DNA from: the human T2T-CHM13v2.0 reference genome, Homo sapiens
DNA length: 64,000 nt
NCBI RefSeq assembly: GCF_009914755.1
Contig: NC_060926.1
Reading direction: 5' to 3' (one strand)
The position numbers and the translations under genes were made by a program. Each line of letters begins with the position of its first letter. Within the stretch, counting starts at the first letter, position 1. Below the pieces are notes generated by a model. That model did no database searches, was not told where the DNA came from, and worked only from the letters and a program-made list of their open reading frames with translations. Of this stretch, positions 31,711 to 45,042 are shown piece by piece.

Positions 31711-34269
31711 TACATTGAAAAGTTAAAGCCCTTCCTTAAATTATATTATGTGTTGATGAATTACATATGTTGAGCACTGAGGGGACTGGGGTATATGGAA
31801 ATGAATAGAAAGTGGTCCTGCCCTTTAAGAAGCTTACAGTCCAATATCTTTCCTCCTCCCAATTTTAAGCTGACATTATCAACCTGAAAGTTAGAATATT
31901 ATTAGCATCATGACTGAATCAACCAAGAAACGGAAGAACAGAAATCAAGAGTGTTGTCTTAGGTGAACATAGGCTGTCTCTGGCTCATTGATTTATGACC
32001 CGCAAACCAGAAATCTCTCCCTTCTCCAAACTCCCCTTAAAGCAACTGCTTTTTAGTTCCTAATTTAGAACACTTAAGGCAAGTTTTTAAACTAAAGAAT
32101 TGTGGAATATATGTTATATAAAAGTAGAAAAATACTTCAGGATATCTTATTCTCACCCAGAAGTTTCTGTCTTATCTCACCTTCCTTGCAAAGTTGTATC
32201 TCCCGTGCCAGGGCTATTTCTAGTATAGCCAACACCTTCTCTCCCTTTGCCTTTCTCTTATTTTTTCTCTTCCCTTTTATTTATTTGTTTTTTTTTTTTA
32301 GTAGGAAAAGCTCATTCTTGGTCTTGAGGAAAATGGAAATCTGTTTCTGGCATGCTAAGTTGGAACACACTTTCTCATGAAAGCAGTATTTTCAATGGTT
32401 ATTTAGGAGGAAGCAATAGAATAGCTGAAGTTCTCTACTTTGGATGCATTATTAGATTTTTGTGGCTAAATAGAGCTGTATGACCTAGTCTAAGGACTTA
32501 GGCTTCCTCTAGAGCTTTATACTTATGGAAAAAGAAAATGCTTTCCAAGTTCGAAACTACCAGTTTACAAAAGAGCTTTGGAGCACAATCCACTGGGAAC
32601 TTGGGAATGCCCTTGTCCTCTACCCTAGGACACCTTAAACTTTGTTCGTCCAGACTCAGGCTTGGGTTGGGTGCTTGAGTTGCAGAGATGACAGAGTTTT
32701 TGCTGTCAAGGAGCACATCAGTTTACTGCCTCCTCCTCATTTATCGGTAAAGGTGAAACGGAGAGAGTTTGGATAACAAAAAGGAGAAATCAGATTTTTG
32801 GGAACCCAGGGTCTGGATCCTTGTGGACTGCCTGGATGCTGTGGGTAGTGGGGCTCAGATGGGCAAGTCACTGCTTGAAATATTTGTGTGTCTATTTGAA
32901 GAGCTTCCTCAGGGACTCAGTGCCTACAATCGACTCTCATCCTGAAATAGGATCCTTGGGCTAAATTTTTATCTTACATAGGCATTTTTTTTTTTAAGAT
33001 TCCTTTTGATGCTGACTTTCCTAATTCACAAACCAAATTGTTCCTATATGGGAAGCAGTAGTCTCTGCCTGCTCCTCCGCTGTGAGATGCAGAGGCAGCA
33101 GGGAGCCCTGAGTCACCAGTAATTGTCTCACTATTACAGAATTGTCACAGGACATTTTCCTTTAGGGCTGTGAAATATAAAGGAAAGAAATTAAAACTAA
33201 ACTATTGTTGAAGTGTAATGAGTGAGGGGTGCTGAGTGTTTAATGGCACAGTGAGGCTGGATTTGCCCTGGGGAGTATTGGTTTCTCTTCACCAACCCAG
33301 GTCACTTAGCTATTGGCCTTTTGAGCAATGAATCCCCACGATCCAAGCTTCACTCATAAAGCAAGAAGTGCTAGAAGAATTAGCATCATTTAGCATTTAT
33401 TGAGTGCCTAATAGCAAAAAAAAAGTTTTAAAATATTCCAATAGAAAAACAGTTATGTTTTATGTATCTTTTTCTTTCTTTGAGAGATTTCTAATCCCAT
33501 TTTTAATGGATTGCCTTCAGTATGTACCCTGTTCCAGATCCCCAGAATATCTTCTGGGCCCAGGACTTGACACTCCCTTTCCGTGGGAACCCAGTAGCTG
33601 GAGGCATCTGGCAGAAATGCCCCAGAAGGCTTTCACTCTGTGGAACACATTGCCAAATTATTTTTAAATTCGAGTTGAGCAGCTGGGGCCATTCAGTCCT
33701 ATGTAGGTACTGCTTGCTGCCCCCTGCCTGAGTCCTGGCAGGCAGGGAGAATTTAGCTTTGCAAGGTTTCATTTGGGGATCAGGTGACAAAGCAGGAGCA
33801 TGCCTTCAGGGACTTTGGGTCCCCACCACTACTGAGTAAGAAGCTCACCCTGAGAGACAGGCCAAAGGTGCGAGGGGTTGATTCCCAGCGCTATCTGTGC
33901 CTTCTTCTCATTACCCTGGTATATTATTTTGGCACAACTGACTGTGGCTAATTCCAACCCACCTCCTAAATGATGGAGAGATGGGCAAAGAAGTAGGCAA
34001 GGAAACAGAGCTCAAAATTGTGCTAGAGTTGAGGCACCCTGGTTTCCTCTCTACTCCAGAAAAAACTAAGGAATAAAGGTGAGGAATAATTATAACTGCC
34101 TTTATGGGTTGGCATAATGGTAGGGGCAGGGGTAAGACAGGGATGAGGAGCAATGAGGTGATAGTCTAAAGGAAGGTTCTTCACAGCTGGAGCTATCCAT
34201 TCCTGGAGGATCCTAGAGTCAAGTGAAGCCAGTATCATTTGAAGGAAAATATAGTATAGTGGTCCAGCA

Positions 34270-34570
34270 TGGTTGTTTGTATCAGTTAACTACTAGTATG
34301 TAACAAACCATCCCCAAACTTAGTTGCTTAAACAACAAACATTTATGATTTTTCATGAGTCTATGGGTTTCTCTGGGTGGTTCTGCAGATCTTGGCTGGG
34401 CTTGCTCATGCATCTGTGATCAGCTGAGAATGTGGCTGTGTTGGTTGGTCTAGGATAGCCTTGGCTAGGATGACTTGGCTCTGGTCCATGTTGTTTCTTA
34501 TCTTCCAGCAGGCTAGCCTGAGGTAGTTCTCATATTGGTGACAGGGTTCTAAGCACAGATAGAGGAAGGA
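34270..34570 (-). mobile_element. Old MaLR/ERVL LTR fragment (MLT1/MLT2-like)
   Basis: tgtaacaaaccatccccaaacttagttgcttaaacaacaa...ccagcaggctagcc. Confidence 0.6.
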
Positions 34571-35689
34571 ACAGAAAATTGGACCAGTTTTGCTCTCAAG
34601 TTATTACAGTGTTCTACAGTCAATCTACACGGGTTCAACTAGCAGCTCCATCACTTTCAAGTTCACCAGTGTGAACTTGACCAAGTTACTGCATGTCTGT
34701 GTGTGTCAGTGTCCTCCCTTATAAAATGAGGATTTGAATAACGTCGACCTCATAGAGCTATTGTGGGAGTTAAAGAATGTAAATTGGTCAGAATATTTCA
34801 TAGTAAGCATTCAATTCATGCTGGATGCTACCAAGGAAAATATCTCAAGGGCATATTTATACTGTAAGGAATTTTCTTTCCCTTGTAGCTGAAGAATTGA
34901 AAGCTTCTATTCAAAAAGAGCCACCCATGAGATCAGTCATTTGAAAGTTCAGCTAATTGATTGATTGATGATTGTATGAGGAATTAAGAGAGAATGAAGG
35001 CTGATTTCTGAAGTCCCTACTACTTACATTGCATCTATGTGAAGGACTCTGCCATTAGTATCCATTGTCACAACTCCTTTGTAAATAGACACACTCTTAA
35101 GAGATACGGTCACATACACCTCACCCTCACACACATACATGAATGCTGTGACAGGAACTGCACATGAGGAAGCAGGGCTGGCCTTAGTCTCCACTGCCAT
35201 GATGTCTACAATGAGTGGTGATGCTGTCATCCTCTGAAGAGAACTAGGGCCATGGTACTTTTCCTTTGCTATCAGTTCTATCAGTTTTTGTGGTGGTTTT
35301 GTGCTCGGTTGATGAGTCGTATGACTGGTCTTGGCTGCCTCCTTCTATAGGGTCCTTTTAGCCCCCTTAGTAGGTTCAACCTTCTCCAGGGTTCTAGAAA
35401 TTTTTTTGTCTGCAGATAAAGGGACAATAGCAAGAGTTCTAAACTTAGGGTCATTGATTCAAAATTGAGTCCCATTTTGCTATTTCCTCTACCACAGATA
35501 ATATTTTTTTTCCCAGCCCCACCTGGAAAGGCTCAAAACATTGGCAAAAGGAGACAGAAAACTGAAGCCAGGTCAGGGGATTGTAAGGAGAGCACCTGGT
35601 TGTTGCAGATAAGTTCAGGTTTCTTTGGGGAGGAGTGATATTCCAGGTGCTGAGGGAATATACAAGTGAGACTGCTGCCCCACTATCAG

Positions 35690-36400
35690 TGCTCTTAGAA
35701 TTCTGGAGAACAGAAACAGTATTAGAGGAGTAGAAAAGGGAGAATGTGCTTCAATTCTTCAAATAAGGGAAGAGGGCAGAGCCTGCAGACTACTATCTGG
35801 TGAGCTTGACTTTCGCCTTGGGATAATTACTAAAATTTTTTTCATTTTCTCCTTGAATAGTGTGTGAATTCTTAGAAAGCTGTGATCACTAGGAATTAGC
35901 ACGGGTTCATTGTAAACAAGCCATGTCAGACAATTTCCTTATTTGGTGTTAATTTGAGACTGGTATGAATGGGGACTATTTTAGACATAATATATTTGTA
36001 TCTTTGGCCTTAAGTAAAATTTGTTGTGACATCTTAGTGGCTAAGATGGAAAAACATAGACTGGAGAATGGTGGTAGCGATGGAATCACAGCCCGGGAAA
36101 GATTGTGTTGAGGAACACTGGATAATTGTGTCAATATGAACACACTGGCTGGGGTAAAGTTGTGTCAGTATGAATACACTGGCTGGGGGATAATCGTGTT
36201 GGTATGAACACACTGACTGCGGGAAGTTCTGGGGGCCTGAGGCAGGACTCTGCTGACCGTCCTGCCAACTGAACATTTAAAAATATTTAATGAATTGGAG
36301 GACATTGGCAGCCTTTCTGTCACATTCAAGGAAGGGGTGGTTGGTGTGCTGGATGACAGGCTTGGAATCCCACAATGTCTTAGTCGTTAAAGGCAATGGG
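35690..36400 (+). mobile_element. L3/CR1 LINE reverse-transcriptase relic
   Basis: Degenerate CR1-like RT motifs: cagagcctgcagactactatctggtgagcttgact (P.DY..VSLT), cacgggttcattgtaaacaagccatgtcagaca (HGF..NKPCQT), gacataatatatttg (DIIYL). Confidence 0.7.
36095..36223 (+). repeat. ~34-bp minisatellite, about 3.5 units
   Basis: Units start at 36121, 36154 and 36189 (consensus gATAATTGTGTCAGTATGAACACACTGGCTGGGG), plus a partial unit upstream. Confidence 0.8.
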
Positions 36401-37017
36401 GGTCTCTAACTAGCAAATAGAACCCTTGGAAACCCTGGTGAACTGTATAGGCTGAAAGAGCCGTGAGTTTAATAGCCCACGGTGAAAAATGAATTATTTG
36501 TAGCTGTAAGCCCAATGGGGGGATCAAACAGTAAGACCATCTTGCATGAAACATGAGGTTTGATAGAGCACCCACTACCAGCATCCCCCAAAGTGGCTCT
36601 GTCCTAGCCAGATGGAATGATGTCTTCCTTCTGAGTGCCAGACCAAAACTGCCATAAGGGAGTCTTACCCTGGCAGAACTCTAAACCTGAAGCTGACATT
36701 TCAAACCGGGATTCAGATGCCTGGGTTCCGGTTCTGCTCCTGCTCTGTTACTATTCCATCATTTCACCTTTCAGAGGGGAATAAATGGCTACCATTCTTG
36801 AGCAACCATGTTCTGCACTCAGATAACAGGGCTTATGTAAAGTTTTCTTAAGTATCCTCTCTATATTCTGTGGCTTCTCAATAGACAGGAATGAGAATAG
36901 CTACTAACTGCAGGGCTGGGGCCACTCACTGCAGCAGCAAGTCTCACCCAGGACAGGGTCCTCAGTCCTTGATATAGATAAGAATATCCTGGGAGCTTTA
37001 AAAAGATACCAGTGCCT

Positions 37018-37110
37018 CATGTATAGGTATGTAACAAACCTAACAAACCTGCACGTTGTGCACATGTACCCTAGAACTTAAAGTATAATAAAATAAATAA
37101 ATAAATAATA
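37018..37110 (+). mobile_element. Extremely 5'-truncated L1PA 3' end, inserted in a MER5A-like element
   Basis: gtaacaaacctgcacgttgtgcacatgtaccctagaacttaaagtataat plus an (AATA)n tail. TSD AAAA(G/T)ATACCAGTGCCT at 37001-37017 and 37111-37127. Confidence 0.85.
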
Positions 37111-37499
37111 AAAATATACCAGTGCCTGGGTACCATTCCCCAGGAATTTCAATTTAATTGGTTTGGGTCAAGTTCAGCATTTATATACAAATACAATTAA
37201 TTTTACAAATATAATTTTGGGATAACATGCATATTATTTTATATTTACAAGTTCCCTAGATGATTCTGAAGGGGTTGAGTAAAACCCTTCCCTGAAACAA
37301 CTATCAGACCCTTGTTTGTTTTTTTGTTGATATTTTAAAACTACAGAGTCTCCCTCTGGAAATTCTTGCTCCTACCTTCCCAATTCCCACCCCATGGTTG
37401 ATAATTGAGAAATGAGAGATGATATCAATGGAAGTGTGTTGCACATTATGAAGAATGTAAAAGTAGAAAAAAGGATTCTAGCAGAATAGCCAGTGGTGA

Positions 37500-37687
37500 A
37501 GTTATGGGTTGAACTGTGGTGTGCCCCCTACAAACAGGTATGTTGAAGTTTTAACCTCCAGTACTTTATTTGCAAATAGCGTCATGTGGACATAATTAGC
37601 TCACTTAAGATGAGGTTATACTGGAGCAGAGTTGATCCTTAACCCAATGTGACTGGTATCCTTATAAGAAGAGGAAAATTTGGACAT

Positions 37688-37729
<42 letters not shown>

Positions 37730-37938
37730 ACATCATATAAAGACAGACACACAGGAAGAAGGCCACACTAGAAGAGGCAAGGAAGGATCCTCCCCCAGAG
37801 GCTTCAGAGGGAGCATGGCCCTACCAACACCTTGATTTTGGATTTCTAGCTTCCAGAACTGTGAAAGCATAAATTTCTATTGTTTAAAGCCACCTGGTTT
37901 GTGGTGCTTTCTTATGGCAGCCCTAGGAAACTAGTACA
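37500..37938 (+). mobile_element. MLT1B-like MaLR LTR
   Basis: gttatgggttgaactgtg...gactggtatccttataagaagagg...gcagccctaggaaactagtaca. Confidence 0.75.
37690..37727 (+). repeat. (AC)19 microsatellite
   Basis: Perfect dinucleotide run inside the MLT1. Confidence 0.95.
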
Positions 37939-38695
37939 GTGACTATCTAGTTTGGAGTCCATTGCTCCTAGTAGCATCCTGGAGGTCTGCCTAGGGCATG
38001 GTTAGGGATGGGACAATGCGGGGAGGGAGGGAGGTATTCTTCCTAGGAGAGTCCTAGGGGTGGGTATAGGAGTTAGATTGGCCAGCCTTCCATTCTTCAA
38101 CCCCCACTAAGTGGCATTTCTGTAGAAGTCAAGACAATCTTACATAACATACTTGGCAGTTCTCAGTCTGCTTCTAGATAGGAAGTGGGTACATGAGAGA
38201 TTCTTCCTCTCCCTTGCACCAGACAGCTGAGCCAAGAACTTCCTTTTCTATCCAGACTCTTCTGCAGTGCTCAGGGTGGAGAAGGGAGCTCTACGTTTCT
38301 TCTCTGAGTTCTTCCCAGACTCAGTACTTCCAGAATGAAGTACAGAATAAAGATATGGCTTTTAATGTTCAATCTTTCCATCTCAGAACACAGTAGTACT
38401 TGGGGACATTGAGAGGTAGCTGTTGTGGCCTATCTGGCACAGGTCCTCTGAAGTTAGGATTTCCAAGAAGATTCAGGTGTCCATCTGGGCAAGGGTCAAG
38501 CACCTGTGGAATATGATCCGAAGAGCAGCACCATCTGCTTCTTATGTCTCAAAGGGGCTTAAAACCTGCACAGAGGGCAGGCAGCATCCTGACATCATGC
38601 TTCATCCTGGTCATGGGGAATGGGCATTGACTTCTACCAGGCCTCATCAAGGTTTCGTTCTTTATCTCCACGCCAAGCAACTGGCCTATTTAGGG

Positions 38696-39064
38696 TGTCT
38701 TAGTTCATTCAAGCTGCTATAACAAAATACCTGACTTAGACTGGGTAGCTTACAGACAATAGAAACTTGTTTCTCACAGTCCTGGAAGCTGGGAAGTCCA
38801 AGATCAAGATGTCATCAGATTTGGTGTCTGATGAGGGCTCACTTTCTGGTTCATAGATGGTAGCTTCTTGCTGTGTCTTCACATGGGGGAAAGCATGAGG
38901 GGGTCTCTCTTAGGCCTCTTTTATGAAGGTACTAATCCCATTCATGAGAAGTCTGTCCTCATGACCCAATTTTCTCCAGAGACCCCATTTCCTACAACAA
39001 TCACACTGGTGATTAGATTTCAACCTATGAATTTTGAGGGGACATAAACATTCAGACCATAGCA
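38696..39064 (-). mobile_element. MLT1A-like MaLR LTR
   Basis: tgtcttagttcattcaagctgctataacaaaatacc...aacattcagaccatagca. Confidence 0.8.
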
Positions 39065-39559
39065 CAAAGAATGGTGAGGAGCACTGTGTGGGGAGTCCCC
39101 TCCTGAACCCTCCTTTCTTCTTGCTTCCTCTACATCTGAACCTTCAGCTTTTGCTTCCTTTGGCCTCACATTCTTGGTGGCAAATTTGGCTTGCTCTCTG
39201 GATTCATGGTTCCCAGCTCCCCCTCTTTCTGTGCCACCTGTTGTTTGGACTGGAAGCTCTTGTGTTCATGCTGCATTACTCATCAGTCTTGATTGGCAAG
39301 ACCCCTCCTGGCTGCCCTTACTCCTACAGTCCACACTTATCTCTGATGAAAATATCTCTTTCTTTCCTCCTTCCTTCCGGAAGGGTGAAGGGATAGGAAG
39401 TCTCCCACTTGAAGGGCTGAGGAGGGGTTTAAAGTTAGTCAAACCTAGGCCTCCAAGTCACAGGGATCCTATCTGCCTGATAATACTGCTTTATATTTAT
39501 GTGGTTCTGATGTCTTCAGGCTCAGTCCCATACTAGCAAGATCTGAGCTGCATACCTCT

Positions 39560-40054
39560 TGTGTTAGTTTTAAGAAACTGCAGTAAAAAATTACCATACA
39601 TTTAGTAGTATAAAACAGCACAGATTTATTATCCTTTAGTTCCGAAAGTCAGAAGTCTGAAATGGGTCTCCCTGGGCTAAAATCAAGGTGTCACAGGGCT
39701 GTGTTCCTTTCTGGAGGCTCTAGGGGAGAATCTGTTTTCTTGCCTTTTCCAGCTTCTAGAAGTTGCCTGGATTTCTTGACTTGTGGCTCCCTTCTATCTT
39801 AAAAGCCACCAGTGGCTGCTTTAGTCTTTCTCACACTGCACCACTCTGACACTGTATCTTGTACCTCCCTCTCCCCCAATTTAAAGACCCTTTTGATTAT
39901 ACTGGACCCACCAAGGTAATCCAGGATAATCTTCCTATTTTGTCAGCTGATTGGTAACCATACCTGCATATAAACTTAATCCTCTCTTGCCATATAACCT
40001 AACATATTCACAGGTTCTGGGTATTAGGACACGGACATCTTTATTCTGCTTACA
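39560..40054 (-). mobile_element. MLT1D/E-like MaLR LTR
   Basis: gtcagaagtctgaaatgggtctc...ggaggctctaggggagaatctgtt...ataatccaggataatct. Confidence 0.7.
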
Positions 40055-40999
40055 ATGCCTCCCAAAGTATTGCCCAAGAATTTTTAGAAACCTTCAAGAG
40101 CGTGCTCCTTATGTACTCATAGCCATTTTGAGCTATCATTATTGTGTGGCCTCTGACTTGTTATTTCTCTTCCATCTAGTTCTTCTTTGGCCACGTTTAC
40201 TGCCTGCTTATCTACCATCAGAACATCCAGGCCTTTGCAGGCTATTCATTCTGGTAACTCCCAAAGCCTCCAGTCCTGGGTGCCAAAGCACTGGTTTCCA
40301 CTCAGAGGAAGGGAGGTAGCCCCTATCCTGAGCTCTGAGCCATTCTCTGCCACTTAGGTCCCTGAGCAACTCTGCTTGTGGCCAGAGCCTCACCATTTTG
40401 GCTCTCCTCTCTCAACAGAGTAACATCAACTCCCTCTATATAAACGGGCCTTTCTATTTTTATCCTTATTCTTTTAATTAGTCCAAGGAGCTAGAGAGAA
40501 AACAAACCCACACCACCCTGCCCACCTTCCTCCACATTTCCTCTGCCCCAAACCTAACTCTTTTGGCCTCAGCAGTTTAGTAACAGATGTTCTTATTCAT
40601 ATCAACATTTGCTTGAGGGAGAAGAGAAATAAGGGAGAGTTACTGACTATTCCTGTGGTCTCCAATGCAGGAGCATCTGAACCAATCCCTTGGAGTACAG
40701 ACAGAAAATATTAGAACTTCTGTTCCTAAGTATTTCAAATCAAAAAACAAGAAAAACAAGAAACAAATTATGCTTTCCTACTACTAAGTATAAAGATGAT
40801 CACTGCTGCCTTTGTTCAGTCCAAATGTTGGACAGTCCTGTCTGGTTGGGTTTACAGATGAATCATGAGGCAGCTCCACAGCAAAAAGGCTGAGGAAGCT
40901 CCACTTGTGGGTTCAGTTCTAGAATTCTGGAAAGCATTTTCATTTAAAGGTGCCTCATTAGTGGTTATATGGCAAACGTCCTTGAGTTTCAATAAAGAG

Positions 41000-41538
41000 A
41001 CCTTCACAAAATGGACAAGTGGCTTTAAAAGATTTCTGTAAAGAAACCTCAGACTGAATCTAATTCTACTAATACAAGCAAAAGTGAGCAACAGAAAAAA
41101 ATGGCTGAAATGCTGGCACTTCTCCTCCTATGACAAGCTCTTCATCAGCCACTTGAGGTTTAGAACAATGACAGGCTAATCAGATCTGCCAAGAAATCAT
41201 TAAAAAATTCAAAATTACCATGAAGACTATTGGAAGTATGGATTTATATCCACTATTATTGACGATGAGCCCTCTTCATAAGTGTGTTTTATGCATGAAG
41301 TTATTAGCATGACACCATCAAGATTATTCAGCATTCAGATCAGAAAGATAAACCACTACAATTCAACTACAAAATATTTTGGGGGTACTGTTAAAACATG
41401 TTATTTATTTCATCTTATTCATTTTAAAATTTAGTAGCACTTGTTCACAATTGATAAGAAAGGAAATAGTTACTGGACCATAGGCTCAACATTTGTTACT
41501 GATGAAGTGTGCAGTCAAAAAAGTTTGGAGGCCACTGT
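41000..41538 (+). mobile_element. hAT-Charlie DNA transposon relic
   Basis: Transposase-like aaattaccatgaagactattggaagtatggattt and a Charlie-type end aaaaaagtttggaggccactg. Left boundary uncertain. Confidence 0.5.
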
Positions 41539-41575
41539 CTTAAACCAGTAGCTTTGGGCCCCAGTTCAGCCACTG

Positions 41576-42292
41576 TGAAATGGGAGCATTCCCTGACCCC
41601 CATCACAGGACGTGACAGGGGTGTGGCTTTTCTGTCCGGTTGCTGCTGCTGCTCAAACCCATTACAGGAAGGGGGGCATGCAGATGGACAGGTGCAGGAG
41701 CCCAAGTGGGCGTGTGTTACAGTGCGTTCCTTTAGGTTTGCCATCCATGGATGGCTTAAGTGTTAACCAGCTCAGTAGATCCTCTGCCTTTTTGCAAGGG
41801 TAGAGGGCCAGTGTGACAGCCTTCTGTATCCAGAGTTCTTGTCCAGTGTCCCGGAAGAACTGGGTCACACACAGACTTGAAAAATGTTGAATGTGGGGTT
41901 TTATTGGGTGGTGGAGGTGGCTCTCAGCAGGATGGATGAGGAGCTGGACAGGGGATGGAGTGGGAAGATGATATTACCCTGGAGTTTGGCTGTCTAGCGG
42001 CCGACTCTCCCACTGTCCCGAGCCAAATTTCTGATGTTCAGACTCTCCTTATCTTCTCATGCCGTTCTGCCATTCGTCTGCTTGTCTGTGCTTCTCCTTC
42101 TGGAGCCTGGGGTTTGAGGTTTATATGGGTACAGTTGAGGGGGTGTGATGGGCCAAAAAGCAACTTTTTGGGGTACAAAAACAGGAATGCCTGTTTTCAC
42201 TTAGGGCCACGGGTATTCGGGCTTGAGGGTGGGGCCTTTGCCAGGGAACCGCCCTCTTCTACCCAGTATTTCCCTGTCTCCTGTCCGTGTCA
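41576..42292 (-). mobile_element. LTR1-family (ERV1) solo LTR
   Basis: TG...CA termini and a 4-bp TSD ACTG (41572-41575, 42293-42296). The - strand starts TGACACGGACAGGAGACAGGGAAATACTGGGTAGAAGAGGGCGGTTCCC. Confidence 0.85.
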
Positions 42293-42561
42293 ACTGTACA
42301 TAGCTTTTTTACAATTGTTTGTCCCTTCACGATTTACATTTACTGTCTTATACAGTTTCTTTGATTCTTTACTGCAACTCTGATAGGTAGGGTTCTTTTT
42401 TTTCTTTATGTTAGAGTTCAGAGGATTCAGGACTCAGTGTTGTGATTGGCTCAAGGACACACAGTTAATAAAAACAAATAAGTGGCAGAGGGCAAGCTTG
42501 AAGAGATCTGCATTCAATCAAGATTGATTGCAAAATGCACCATTTTTAGGAAAATGGTTTT

Positions 42562-42953
42562 TATAGGTTGAATCGTGTTTCTCAGAAAAGATACATTGAA
42601 GTCCTAATCCCCAGTGTCTCAGAATTTGACCTTATTTGGAAATAGGGTCTTTACAGAAGTAATCAAGCTGAATGAAGTCATCAGGGTGGACCCTAATTCA
42701 ATATGACTGGTGTCTTTATGGAAAGGAGTTAATTTAGACACAGAGACAGACACATAGAGGTCCAGGAACGCCTGGGCTACCAGAAGCTGAAAGAGGCAAG
42801 GAAGGATCCTTCCCTTACAGGTTTTAGAAGGTGAGTGGTCTTGCTGAAGCCTTGACTTTGGACTGCTAGTTTCTGGAATTGTAAGACAATAAATTTCTGT
42901 TTTTCTAAGCCAGCTGGTTTGTGGTACTTTGTTACAGCAGTTCTAGGAAACTA
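42562..42953 (+). mobile_element. MLT1B/C MaLR LTR
   Basis: gaccttatttggaaatagggtcttt...aataaatttctgttt...tgtggtactttgttacagcag. Confidence 0.75.
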
Positions 42954-43668
42954 TGGTCCATTGCTCTGGAAAGGGTCTAGGATCCAAAAGCAGCTAAAAC
43001 CAGTGATATAATCCAGTACAACCATAAGCAGAGGAGGAAGCCCAGAGACTGGGAGTGAGTTTTCCTAGGTGATATGGCTAGTTAGAGAGATGGTTAGTTA
43101 GATCCATGGCTGGATCTCATACATTCTTACTCCTAAGTTCAACTTTGAGACCAGGAGAAGTAAATATGGGGAAGTTGGCTTACCTCTCTCATCATTAGGC
43201 TTGGTGATCTGCCTTGATCTGGCATAGTTCACCGTTCTTCCAATGACTTCAAAGGAACAAATGGGAAATATGTTGCATCTTTGCCTTGATGATAATGCAC
43301 TTACCTGAAGATCACAGTCCTCCTGCTGGCTCCACCCTTCACCCCCTTCCTTTCCACAGTTCACATGTTATCACTTCAGTGTCTATTAAAAAGGAAAAAA
43401 CCCAACTGTTACTAAATATGTATATCTACAAGGAAATAGTTCATTGGATTGGTAATAATATGCTCTCCAACTGGAAAGGGATTTTAAAAAGTCAATGCAC
43501 CTGGCACAAAATTGTAAGTAAGGAAAGAATGACCTTAGGTGAAAAATGTTTGCCAAAGAGTTTGGCAAAATACAAGACATTTAATTAAAATTATTTTAAT
43601 TCTCTAAGAGCATGTGTATGAGTAGTGGCCTACTTACACATGGACTATAAGTTGATGCTTGGAACTAG

Positions 43669-45042
43669 TTTATTCAATCACTTATTAAATATGTTTTGAG
43701 TATTTACTATGGTCAGGAACTGTATCAGGCATGGCAATAAACAAAACAGTCCCTGTCCTCATGGAGCTTACATTCTAGAGGGGGAAAGAAATAATAAACA
43801 AGTAAAAATAAATAATATGCTAGGTGACAATATGTCCCTGTATGAAGAAAAATAAAATGAGATAAAGAGAATACAGAGTGACAGTTGGGGTGGGGTTTGT
43901 TATATAATGTGCTGAGAGAAGGCTTCTCTGATAAGATGAAGAAAAATGTCTCAAGGGAATAAGGGAGCAAGCCACATTTGGAGGAAACATAAGTGCAAAG
44001 GTCCTGAGGTGGGAATGAGGTGGGAACATGGTGGGGACATTTTAGGAATAGCAAGGAGACCAAGGCAGCTGGAGCACATGAGAACAGTGGAGAGTGGTAG
44101 ATGATGATGCCCTGGAGAGAGCTGGGGACAGATCATGTAGTGCCTTATGAGTTATTGTAGTGATTTTGAATATTTCTGTGAATGAGATAGGAAGCCATTA
44201 GGGTTTGGAGTGGAAAAGTAACATGAATTAGCTTCTGTTTTAAAGGGATCTTCTGCATACTATGTGGAAAATGGAATATTAGGGAAGGAGGTGGTAAGAG
44301 TAGAAGCAGAGACTCAAGGTAAGAGGCTCTTGTCATAATTTAAGTAAGGGATAATGGCAGCTTGGACCAAGGTGAAGGTAGTGAGACATAGTTGGATTAT
44401 GGATATAATTTGGAGGTGGTGCTGACAGGATTGCTTATGGATTTGATGTAGGGTATGAGAGGGAGAGAGGACTTACTGAAAATCTCAAGATTTTTGGCTC
44501 GAGCAACTGCAAAACAGGAGCTTCCATTTTCCAAGTTGGAGACAGTTGTGCAAGGAGCTAACTTGGTGGGAGTATGCAGCCGAATCAAGAGTTCCTTTTC
44601 AGACATTAAGTTTGAGATGCAAATTTATCATCTGAGTGGTGACATTGAGTATGCAGTTGATACAAGTCTGGAGTTCAGTGGAGACACCTAGACTGGAGAC
44701 ATAAATGCAGAAGTCATCAGAGTCTAGAAATTTAATGTCATGGGATGAGTAGAATTTACCTGGGCAGTGGGTGTGTGTAAAGAAGACGAGAGCTCCTGAG
44801 GGCTACTCCCACATTTATAGATAAGAAAGATGAAGAAAAACCAGGAAAGGAGTTTGAGAAGGAGTAGCCATTGAGATAAGAGAAGAATAAGGGTAGTATT
44901 CCAGAGGCCAAGGAAGAAAGGGCTAAGAGAGTAAATGATCAACTGTATCAAATGCTCCTGAGTCAAGCAAGGTGAAGACTGAGATTTCACCACTGGATAT
45001 GACAACTCAGAGAAAACTGGTGATGCTGTGAAGAGCTGTTCT
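43669..45042 (-). mobile_element. L2a (3' part; continues after the L1 at ~51914)
   Basis: L2 3' tail tttattcaatcacttattaaatatgttttgag and gtccctgtcctcatggagcttacattctag. Long collinear L2-like sequence. Confidence 0.8.

Noticed and set aside
36095-36223. CRISPR-like periodicity
   Set aside because: Human intron. The units are contiguous with no unique spacers, so it is a minisatellite.
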